Origin: Variovorax sp.
GTDB taxonomy: Bacteria > Pseudomonadota > Gammaproteobacteria > Burkholderiales > Burkholderiaceae_C
Assembly: GCA_028292285.1 (NCBI GenBank)
Contig: JAQGMP010000137.1
Coordinates: forward strand, 1 to 45,223
Length of the DNA stretch: 45,223 nt
Reading direction: 5' to 3'
Each line of letters begins with the position of its first letter. The first letter of the stretch is position 1. The notes under the pieces were generated by a model, which was given only the letters and a program-made list of their open reading frames with translations, had not been told where the DNA came from and did no database searches. Shown piece after piece: positions 37,741 through 45,223 of the stretch. A program made the position numbers and the translations under genes.

Positions 37741-39354
37741 ATGCACGCCATGCATTCGAAATTCATCGATGCCGACGCTGCGGCCGCGCTAATCGACGAC
37801 GGCGCCACCGTTGCCCTGATGGGTGGCGGCGGCGGCTTGATGGAAGCCACGACCTTGTTCCAGGCGGTCGAGCGGCGTTTTCTTGCGTCCGCGCATCCAC
37901 GCGCGCTCACGGTGGTGCATGCGCTGGGTATCGGTGACAAGAAGTCACTGGGCATGAACTGCTTCGCGCATGAAGGACTGGTGCGAAAGGTCATCGGCGG
38001 CCACTGGGTCTGGTCGCCGCGCATGCAGCAGTTGGCGGCCACAGAAAAGATCGAGGCCTACATCCTGCCGGGTGGGGTCTCGTCGCAGCTCTTTCGCGAA
38101 ATCGGCGCCGGTCGGCCAGGGCTCTTTACGCACATCGGTCTCGGTACCGTGTGCGACCCGCGTCATGGCGGCGGCCGCATGAACGCCAGTGCGCGCGACG
38201 ACCTGGCCGAGGTGGTCGAGATCGCCGGGCGCGAGTACCTGCGCTACAAGCCCTACCGGGTCGACGTGGCGCTGGTGCGCGCATCGGCTGCCGACGCGGA
38301 CGGCAACATCAGTTTCGAGCACGAGGCCGCCAATCTCGATGCGCAGTCGATCGCGCTCGCGGCACGGGCCAGTGGCGGCAAGGTCATCGTGCAGGTGAAG
38401 GAACGGGTGCCACGCGGCGCGCTGCGGGCGCGCGAGGTGCGCATACCGGCTGCGTGGGTCGATGCGATCGTCGTCGATCCAGGCCAGCGCAGCAGCTATG
38501 CCATACCTTTCGACGCTCGCCTGTCGGGCGAGCTCACGGGCGCGGAACGACACCGGATCGATGCCGCCGATGACGAGCCATTCGGCGAACGGCAGGCGGT
38601 GGCCCGGCGCGCCGCCTGCGAGCTCTTCGAAGGCGCGGTAGTGAACTACGGCGTGGGCGTGCCCGATGCCGTCGCCCGGCTGGTCGCTCGGCGCGGCGAA
38701 CTCGGCTGCATCTACCAGACCATCGAGCACGGCACCTACGGTGGTTCGCTGCTCGACGGCGAGCTCTTCGGCTACGCACGCAACGCGTCGGCGATGCTGG
38801 ACGCGCCGACGCAGTTCGACTTCTATTCCGGCGGTGGCCTCGACATCGCGTTCCTCGGCTTCGGCGAATTCGACGCCGAGGGCAGCGTCAACGTGTCGCG
38901 CCTGGGCGGCCTCGCGGTGGGACCGGGCGGCTTCATCGACATCGCGCAGAACGCGCGCAAGGTGGTCTTCTGCGGCACCTTCGCAGCCAAGGGCGTGCGG
39001 CTGCAGACAGGCGATGGATCGATGCGCGTACTGCAGCAAGGCGGTGTGCGCAAGCTCGTGGCTGCGGTAGAGCAGATCACGTTCAGCGGACCGCAGGCCG
39101 TGGCGCGCGCGCAAGAGGTGCTGTACCTCACCGAGCGTGCCGGTTTTCGACTGACGCCGAGCGGTCTCGAACTCTTCGAGATCGCGCCGGGCATTTCCCT
39201 GCAGCACGACGTGCTCGACCAGATGAATTTCGCGCCGCGCATGGCCGCTGTTGTCGGCGTCATGCCCGCTTCGCACTTCACCAAAGACGATGACCGGACT
39301 GGCGCAATGACCCTGAATCCATCCGCTGAACGTGCTCCGGGAGAGACTACTTGA
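37741..39354 (+). CDS. Family I CoA-transferase, fused alpha/beta (YdiF/propionate CoA-transferase-like)
   Basis: GLGTVCDPRHGGG, ADADGN, NYGVGVP, TIEHG (catalytic Glu), NVS, GPGGFIDI, EQITF, TER. Start could be 37750. Confidence 0.9.
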   Translation: MHAMHSKFIDADAAAALIDDGATVALMGGGGGLMEATTLFQAVERRFLASAHPRALTVVHALGIGDKKSLGMNCFAHEGLVRKVIGGHWVWSPRMQQLAATEKIEAYILPGGVSSQLFREIGAGRPGLFTHIGLGTVCDPRHGGGRMNASARDDLAEVVEIAGREYLRYKPYRVDVALVRASAADADGNISFEHEAANLDAQSIALAARASGGKVIVQVKERVPRGALRAREVRIPAAWVDAIVVDPGQRSSYAIPFDARLSGELTGAERHRIDAADDEPFGERQAVARRAACELFEGAVVNYGVGVPDAVARLVARRGELGCIYQTIEHGTYGGSLLDGELFGYARNASAMLDAPTQFDFYSGGGLDIAFLGFGEFDAEGSVNVSRLGGLAVGPGGFIDIAQNARKVVFCGTFAAKGVRLQTGDGSMRVLQQGGVRKLVAAVEQITFSGPQAVARAQEVLYLTERAGFRLTPSGLELFEIAPGISLQHDVLDQMNFAPRMAAVVGVMPASHFTKDDDRTGAMTLNPSAERAPGETT

Positions 39355-41072
39355 GCGCGGCCGGGGCCAACGTGCCTGCGCTGAAAACCGAAGTCGATCT
39401 GATCGTCGTCGGCGCAGGCGCGGCGGGCATGACAGCCGCGCTGGTGGCCGCGCTCGAGGGCTGCGACGTGATGCTGTGCGAAGGCACGGGCCAGGTCGGC
39501 GGCACGACGGCCACCTCTGCCGGAACCATCTGGGTGCCCAACAGCAGCGCCAGCCAGAAAGCAGGTTTCGACGACAGTCTCGAAGAGGCGATGCGCTACC
39601 TCGACGGCCTCATCCCGTCGGGCGAGGGCCGACCGCTGCGCGACGCCTATCTGCGAAGCGGTCCGGCGATCATCGACGACCTGATGCGGCGCACGCAACT
39701 GCAGTTCGTGGTGGCCGGCAAACATCCGGACTATGTGGACATCCCGGGCTCGCGCGTGTTCGGTCGCGCGCTGGCGCCGTTGCCGTTCGATGGCCGCCGG
39801 CTCGGCGCGGAATTCAGCCGCATCCGGCCGCCGATGCGTGAGTTCATGGTGCTTGGCGGGATGATGGTCGGCAAGGCCGACATCGGCCATCTGGTCGCGC
39901 GCTTCAAGTCGTTCACGAGCTTTCGCCATACGGTCGGGATGGTGCTGCGCTACATGGGAGACCGGCTGCGCCACTCGCGCGGTACGCGGCTGGTAATGGG
40001 CAATGCACTGGTCGCGCGCTTCTACGCGAGCCTGAAGGACGCCGGCGTCGCTGTTTCGTTCGACACGAAGCTCGACGAACTGATGCTGAGTGAGGGCCGT
40101 GTCGTCGGTGCGCATCTCTGTCGAGGCGACCAGCGCGTCGAAGTGAAAGCACGTCGTGGCGTGGTGTTGGCGACGGGCGGCTTCGGGCGGAACGTGCAAC
40201 TGCGCGAGCAGTTCATGCCGGCCGGTCATGCGCACTGGCCTTCGCTGATCTTCGAAGGCAATCAGGGTGGCGGCGTCAGTGCGGGCATGCGTGCCGGCGC
40301 GGCGGTCGACGGCACGACGGGCGGCGAGGGCGTGTTCTGGCAACCGGTGTCCATCACGCGTCCGAAACGCGGCCCGTCAGGGTTGTTCGCGCATCTGTTT
40401 CTCGATCGCGCCAAGCCCGGCCTGATCGCGGTCGACACTGCCGGCATGCGCTTTACCAACGAGGGCGCGTCGTATCACTATTTCTGCCAGGACATGGTAG
40501 AGCGCAACGCCACCACGCCTGCAGTTCCGGCCTGGGTGGTGTGCGACGCAGCGTTCATTCGCAAATACGGGCTCGGCCTGGTGCATCCCGGCACGACGGA
40601 TTTGCGGTCGCATGCGAAGAGCGGCTATCTGAGCTGTGCCGGATCGATCGATGCGCTCGCCCTTGCCATCGGCGTCGACCCTGCGGGTCTGGCGCGGACC
40701 GTCGCGCGCAACAACGAATTTGCAGCAACCGGCATCGATGCCGACTACGGCAAGGGCAGCACCGAAGTGAGCCGCTTCAACGGTGATCCGGTGCACCAGC
40801 CCAACCCCTGCCTTGGCCCGATCGGGGAGGCGCCGTTCTGTGCGATGGCGCTGTGGCCCGCGGACGCCGCCTCGGACACCGGCCTGCGCACCGACGAAAA
40901 CGCCCGCGTGCTCGATGCCAATGGCCACCCGATTGATGGCCTGTATGCAGCTGGCAACGACATGGCGTCGGCAATGCGCGGTGCCTACGCCGGCCCCGGT
41001 ACCACCATCGGCCCCGCCATGGTGTTCGGCTACCGCGCGGCGATGCATGCCAAGGGCTCGCCCGTTCGATAA
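39351..41072 (+). CDS. FAD-dependent oxidoreductase, KstD-like
   Basis: GGAGAG SD then TTG; GAGAAG, GGTTATSAGTIWVP, HPDY, RFTNEGASY, YAGPGTTIG. Confidence 0.9.
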   Translation: MSAAGANVPALKTEVDLIVVGAGAAGMTAALVAALEGCDVMLCEGTGQVGGTTATSAGTIWVPNSSASQKAGFDDSLEEAMRYLDGLIPSGEGRPLRDAYLRSGPAIIDDLMRRTQLQFVVAGKHPDYVDIPGSRVFGRALAPLPFDGRRLGAEFSRIRPPMREFMVLGGMMVGKADIGHLVARFKSFTSFRHTVGMVLRYMGDRLRHSRGTRLVMGNALVARFYASLKDAGVAVSFDTKLDELMLSEGRVVGAHLCRGDQRVEVKARRGVVLATGGFGRNVQLREQFMPAGHAHWPSLIFEGNQGGGVSAGMRAGAAVDGTTGGEGVFWQPVSITRPKRGPSGLFAHLFLDRAKPGLIAVDTAGMRFTNEGASYHYFCQDMVERNATTPAVPAWVVCDAAFIRKYGLGLVHPGTTDLRSHAKSGYLSCAGSIDALALAIGVDPAGLARTVARNNEFAATGIDADYGKGSTEVSRFNGDPVHQPNPCLGPIGEAPFCAMALWPADAASDTGLRTDENARVLDANGHPIDGLYAAGNDMASAMRGAYAGPGTTIGPAMVFGYRAAMHAKGSPVR

Positions 41073-41099
41073 GAAAGCCCGAACCCTCGGCTGTTCGTC

Positions 41100-41114
41100 A
41101 ATGGTCAATCCGTT
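41100..41114. promoter_or_regulatory. Degenerate putative GntR operator AATGGTCAATCCGTT
   Basis: Matches the consensus with one mismatch; adjacent CATAAT -10-like element at 41117-41122; upstream of the nitronate monooxygenase-like gene. Confidence 0.55.
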
Positions 41115-41149
41115 CACATAATCAGCGGTTCGACAACAAAGGAGTAAGC

Positions 41150-42286
41150 ATGCGAACCCCGATCTGCGACCGGCTCGGTTGCGATGTCCCGATCTTTGCG
41201 TTTTCGCACTGCCGCGACGTGATCGTCGAGATCACGAAGGCCGGCGGCTTCGGCGTGCTCGGCGCTGGCACCCATTCGCCGCAGCAGTTGGAGCAGGAAC
41301 TCAAGTGGATCGACGAACACGTCGGCGGCAAGCCTTATGGCATCGACGTGCTGATCCCCCTGAAGTACGACAAGGAAGCCGATGCGAGCACGGCGGCGCT
41401 CGAGGACATCCTGCCGGCCGAGCAGAAAGACTTCCTGCAGAAGTTCCTGCGCGACGAGCACGTTCCCGAGCTCACACCCGACGAGGCAAAGGCAGCCCGC
41501 GAGGAACGCGCCGAGAAGGAGCGCAACCACAGTCCGAACGGCTCACGTCGGCTCATCGACGTGGCGCTGCGCCATCCGCAGGTCAAGCTCGTGGTCAATG
41601 CGCTCGGCCCGCCGCCGAAGGAGATCGTCGACGAGTTGCACGGGCGCGGCCTGCTGGTCGGGGCGCTGTGCGGCAAGCCGAACCATGCGGCCGCGCACCG
41701 GGCGGCCGGCGTGGACATCCTCATTGCGCAGGGCACGGAGGCCGGAGGTCACACGGGAGAAATATCGACACTGGTGCTGGTGCCGCAGATCGTCGACGCG
41801 GCCGGCCCCGAGATCGCGGTGCTGGCTGCGGGCGGCATCAGCCGTGGCCGGCAGATCGTGGCCGCCTTCGCGCTCGGTGCGCAGGGCGTGTGGTGCGGCA
41901 CCATCTGGCTGGGGACGCGTGAAAGCGAACTCACGCCGCTGGAGAAGCAGGTGCTCTTCGCCGCGCGCACCGAAGACGCGGTGCGGCGCAAGTGGATGAC
42001 CGGCAAGACCGTGCGCATGATCAAAAGCAAGACATCCGAGGCGTGGGAACAGCCCGGTGCGCCAAAGCATTTGTTGCCGCCGCTGCAGAACGCGCTCTAC
42101 CACGCAGCACGCGTTCGCATCGAGAAGGCCGGCCGCGCCGACCTGGTGTCGATGCCCGCCGGCCAGGTGGTGGGGCTTATGACCGAGGAGACATCGGTCA
42201 AACAGATCGTGATGGACATGATGAACGAATATGTCGAGACCGCCGAGCGTCTGGTACCTCTGATTCATATGGCAGAAGAGAACTGA
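41150..42286 (+). CDS. Nitronate monooxygenase / FabK-like FMN-dependent oxidoreductase
   Basis: AGGAG SD; PIFAFSHCRDV, AGGFGVLGA, AQGTEAGGHTG, AAGGI, GAQGVWCGT, PAGQVVG. Confidence 0.9.
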   Translation: MRTPICDRLGCDVPIFAFSHCRDVIVEITKAGGFGVLGAGTHSPQQLEQELKWIDEHVGGKPYGIDVLIPLKYDKEADASTAALEDILPAEQKDFLQKFLRDEHVPELTPDEAKAAREERAEKERNHSPNGSRRLIDVALRHPQVKLVVNALGPPPKEIVDELHGRGLLVGALCGKPNHAAAHRAAGVDILIAQGTEAGGHTGEISTLVLVPQIVDAAGPEIAVLAAGGISRGRQIVAAFALGAQGVWCGTIWLGTRESELTPLEKQVLFAARTEDAVRRKWMTGKTVRMIKSKTSEAWEQPGAPKHLLPPLQNALYHAARVRIEKAGRADLVSMPAGQVVGLMTEETSVKQIVMDMMNEYVETAERLVPLIHMAEEN

Positions 42287-42295
42287 GGCAATCGC

Positions 42296-43870
42296 ATGGC
42301 CGGCACCCGCAGCAGCAATTTCCGCCACCTCGACCCCACGCGGGTGCCGGTGATCGTCGGCTCGGGCCAGGTGACCGACACGACGTCCAAGCCAGGGGAG
42401 GGCCGCTCACCCTTGCAATTGATGCACGATGCAGCGCGGCTCGCCGCGGACGACAGCGGTGCTGGCGATGTGCTGATGCGTGGCATCGATTCGCTTACCG
42501 TGATCCGGCTGTTTGCGGACACGCTCCCGCGCTTCGCGTCGCCCTTCGGCAAGCTGGTCAATGCGCCGTGGTCGCTTGCGCAGCGGTTGGGCGCGGCACC
42601 GACCGACTTGGTCTATCCGCCACACGGCGGCGACTCGCCCCAAGTGATGCTCGCCCGTGCTTGCGCTCGCATTGCCGCAGGAGCATCGCAGGCGGCCCTG
42701 GTCGTCGGCGGAGAAGCGCTGCGTAGCGAGCTGGCGGCCAAGCGTGCAGGCCTACAGCTCGCGTGGGGCGAAGAAGCACCCGCACCGCCTGACGAACTCG
42801 ACGGCCCCAAGGGCATGTACACGCCGGCAGAAGAGGTGCACGGCATGCGCTCCGCGATCGCCATGTACGGAATGATCGGACAAGCGTTGCGGCAGGCCGC
42901 AGGCCAGAGCGTCGACGAATACCGTGAGGCGAGTGCGCGACTCTTTGCCCGCTTTGCGCGCGTGGCCGCTGACAACCCGCTGGCAACGCGGCGTGCGGGC
43001 TACACAGCCGAGGCCATCGCGGCTGTGACGGCCGACAACCCGTACATCGGATTTCCGTTCACCAAGCTGATGACGGCCAGTGCCTTCATCGATCAGGCGG
43101 CGGCTTTCTTCGTGGTATCCGAGGCCCGAGCGGACGAACTCGGCATCGCGCGCGACCGGCGCGTGTACCTGCACGGCACGGCTGCGGCGCACGACGAGTG
43201 GTTTGTCAGCGATCGCCCCCGGCTCGACGAATCGCCGGCGATGCGGCTGTCGGCGCAACATGCGCTGGCGCAGGCGGGAAAGTCGCTCGACGAGGTCTCC
43301 TTCTTCGACATCTACAGCTGCTTTCCGTCGGCGGTGCAGATCGCCTGCAAGGAGCTCGGCCTTGCGCCCGATGATCCGCGCGAGCTGACGGTCACGGGCG
43401 GCCTGCCTTACTTCGGCGGCCCGGGAAACAACTACGCGACGCACGCCATCGCCGAGATGGTGCAGCGCGTAAGGCGCGAACCCGGATCCTTCGGCCTTGT
43501 GATGGCCAATGGCGGGCTGGTCACGAAGGAGGCGGTCGGCCTGTTTTCAACGTCGGTGCCCGACAAACTCTTCGTCCTCGACGAGGCCTCGGTGATTCAG
43601 GACGAGATCGACAAGGCGCCGAAGGTCGCGTTCAACGAGCGGCCCGTGGGCAGCGCGGTGATCGAAACCTACACGGTACTGCACGGCAAGTCGGGATCCG
43701 AATCCGGCGTGCTGTTCGGACGCCTTCTGTCGACGAACGAGCGCTTCCTGGCGGTGACGCCGGCCGACGCGCAGATCTTGCAGCGACTCGAAGCAGTCGA
43801 GGCGCTCGGGCTGCGGGGCACGGTGTCGCAAGTCGATGGCCGCAACGTCTTTGTGCCGGAGTTCGGCTGA
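42296..43870 (+). CDS. Thiolase-like protein (acetyl-CoA acetyltransferase-like with extra C-terminal domain)
   Basis: PVIVGSGQ, GGDSPQ, PFTKLM, DQAAA, IYSCFP, TVTGGLPYFGGPGNNY, ANGG, C-terminal IETYTV. Confidence 0.85.
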   Translation: MAGTRSSNFRHLDPTRVPVIVGSGQVTDTTSKPGEGRSPLQLMHDAARLAADDSGAGDVLMRGIDSLTVIRLFADTLPRFASPFGKLVNAPWSLAQRLGAAPTDLVYPPHGGDSPQVMLARACARIAAGASQAALVVGGEALRSELAAKRAGLQLAWGEEAPAPPDELDGPKGMYTPAEEVHGMRSAIAMYGMIGQALRQAAGQSVDEYREASARLFARFARVAADNPLATRRAGYTAEAIAAVTADNPYIGFPFTKLMTASAFIDQAAAFFVVSEARADELGIARDRRVYLHGTAAAHDEWFVSDRPRLDESPAMRLSAQHALAQAGKSLDEVSFFDIYSCFPSAVQIACKELGLAPDDPRELTVTGGLPYFGGPGNNYATHAIAEMVQRVRREPGSFGLVMANGGLVTKEAVGLFSTSVPDKLFVLDEASVIQDEIDKAPKVAFNERPVGSAVIETYTVLHGKSGSESGVLFGRLLSTNERFLAVTPADAQILQRLEAVEALGLRGTVSQVDGRNVFVPEFG

Positions 43871-43889
43871 AGCGTCGTGAAGCCCGCAC

Positions 43890-44867
43890 TCAAGGATAGA
43901 GACCTGCTGCGCGCGCCTTGAGCGTGCACAACGCCACGAGCAGATCGAGCGTCGGCGTGGCAACGCCATGCTCGCGCGCCATGCGCAGCGGTGCATGGAA
44001 CATCGCCTCGAGTTCGGGCTTGCGCCCAGCCGCGGCGTCTTGCGCGATGCTTGGCACATGGCTGGATTGCCGGACGAAGGCCATGTGTGCCTCGATGTCA
44101 ATGTGCAGCGGGCATCCCATGGCGCTGGCCATGGCTTGTACTTCCGCCAGGATGCGGTAGCGCGCCTCGACCAGCGCGGGCTCCGCGAACATGTCCCTGA
44201 GCGGCACCGGCGCCAGCACGCTCAAAGGCCCCGAGCCCAAGTTGAGAGCGAGCTTGGCCCAGATCGCCTCACGGATCGCGCGCGACAGCGTCACCGGGAA
44301 ACCCGCCGCGCGCAGCAGTTCGGCCAGTGCCTGCAAGCGCTCCGACGCGCTGCCATCGGGCTCACCCAGCGTCAGAGGACGGTTGCCGCCCTTGACCTCG
44401 ACCACGCCGGGCGCAATCAGCGTGCAGGCGCTGGAGGTGATGCCGCCGATGGCGCGCTCCGGGCCCACTGCGTTCCAGAGCGCGTCGGCCGGGTCGATGA
44501 AAGGCAGCCGTCGGCCCTCCGCTTCGCCTCCGATGCCGTGGTAGTACCACCAGGGAATGCCGTTCTGCAGAAACAGCACGCCGGTCCGCGGACCAAGAAG
44601 CGCTCCGATGGCGGGCGCAGCTGCCGGCAGCGCATGAGCCTTCAGGGTGACCAGCACGGCGTCTTGCGGGCCGAGCTCGCGCACGTCGGCGGTTGCACGC
44701 ACGGCGGCGTGCAGCGGCCCGTCATCGCCGTGCAGCGTGATGCCCGAGCTGCGGATGGCATCGACGCTCGGACCACGCACCACCACACTGACGTCGGCAC
44801 CGGCGCGCGCGAGCAGCACCGCGAAATGGCTGCCGGTGGCACCGGCGCCGAAGACGCAGACCTTCAT
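43890..44867 (-). CDS. Ketopantoate reductase (PanE/ApbA)-family oxidoreductase
   Basis: MKVCVFGAGATG, LKA, QNGIPWWY, GEPDG, IWAKL..N, SIAQD..GRKPE. Confidence 0.9.
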   Translation of the reverse strand: MKVCVFGAGATGSHFAVLLARAGADVSVVVRGPSVDAIRSSGITLHGDDGPLHAAVRATADVRELGPQDAVLVTLKAHALPAAAPAIGALLGPRTGVLFLQNGIPWWYYHGIGGEAEGRRLPFIDPADALWNAVGPERAIGGITSSACTLIAPGVVEVKGGNRPLTLGEPDGSASERLQALAELLRAAGFPVTLSRAIREAIWAKLALNLGSGPLSVLAPVPLRDMFAEPALVEARYRILAEVQAMASAMGCPLHIDIEAHMAFVRQSSHVPSIAQDAAAGRKPELEAMFHAPLRMAREHGVATPTLDLLVALCTLKARAAGLYP

Positions 44868-44877
44868 GGCTGTGGAT

Positions 44878-45223
44878 TCAGTCGCGGTACCCGGCGCTGT
44901 CGCGATCGAGCTGTCGCAGCAACGCGGTCCATTCTCGCTGGCCGTTCCAGTTGCCCAGCATCGCTTCGCCGCCCGTACGGTCGGTGACGGTGGGCGGCGC
45001 GAGCACACGTGCCGTCACTGCCATGGACTCGGGCGAGGGCATGTGCAGCGGCGTATTGGCGGCCATGAAGTCGACCTGCACTTTGCAGGCCGTTTCGAGC
45101 CGCTGCATCAGCAGGAAGGTTTCGGGAATGCTGCGTCCGCAGGTGATCAGCCCGTGGTTGCGCAGGATCATCACGTCCTTGTCACCGAGGTCGGCCACGA
45201 GCCGGCTGCGCTCGTCCTCGTTG
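44878..45223 (-). CDS. Class II aldolase/adducin family protein, 5' truncated by window edge
   Basis: LGDKDVMILRNHGLITCG, LETACKVQ, W.ALLR.LD. Confidence 0.85.
   Translation of the reverse strand, partial: NEDERSRLVADLGDKDVMILRNHGLITCGRSIPETFLLMQRLETACKVQVDFMAANTPLHMPSPESMAVTARVLAPPTVTDRTGGEAMLGNWNGQREWTALLRQLDRDSAGYRD

Noticed and set aside
1-45223. Mobile elements, tRNA/rRNA, CRISPR, defence or secondary-metabolite biosynthetic core genes
   Set aside because: No transposase, integrase, structural RNA, repeat-spacer array, PKS/NRPS or carrier protein was recognised, and the intergenic gaps are too short to hide them.

Overview
High-GC bacterial DNA, most likely Burkholderiales (orphan Bug/TctC receptor, gene style). 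It is packed with about 42 genes forming one large catabolic island for CoA-dependent degradation of an unidentified carboxylic acid, possibly methyl-branched or alicyclic. Enzymes: two paralogous DitJ/CaiC-like CoA ligases, three CoA-transferase/racemase-type proteins, four SDRs, three non-canonical thiolase-fold proteins (two paired with DUF35 Zn-ribbon/OB-fold genes), three FAD_binding_2 flavoproteins, two amidohydrolases, a cyclase, a cupin, an acyl-CoA dehydrogenase and two NIPSNAP proteins. Transport: a Liv-type ABC importer with a LivM-LivG-LivF fusion, an MFS and a Bug receptor. Regulators: three FadR-type GntRs and one IclR. No RNA genes, mobile elements or CRISPR arrays were seen. 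Main findings: (1) a 15-bp palindrome AWTGGWnnnWCCRWT occurs seven times in promoter regions across about 40 kb and defines a probable GntR regulon; (2) a flavin reductase is fused to an HTH-less FCD domain closely resembling the effector domain of the local GntR at 21551-22402, suggesting a ligand-gated reductase or anti-repressor; (3) an embedded IclR module has its own tandem operators; (4) an uncharacterised internally duplicated protein is coupled to an unknown membrane protein. All family calls come from motif recognition by eye, without database searches.
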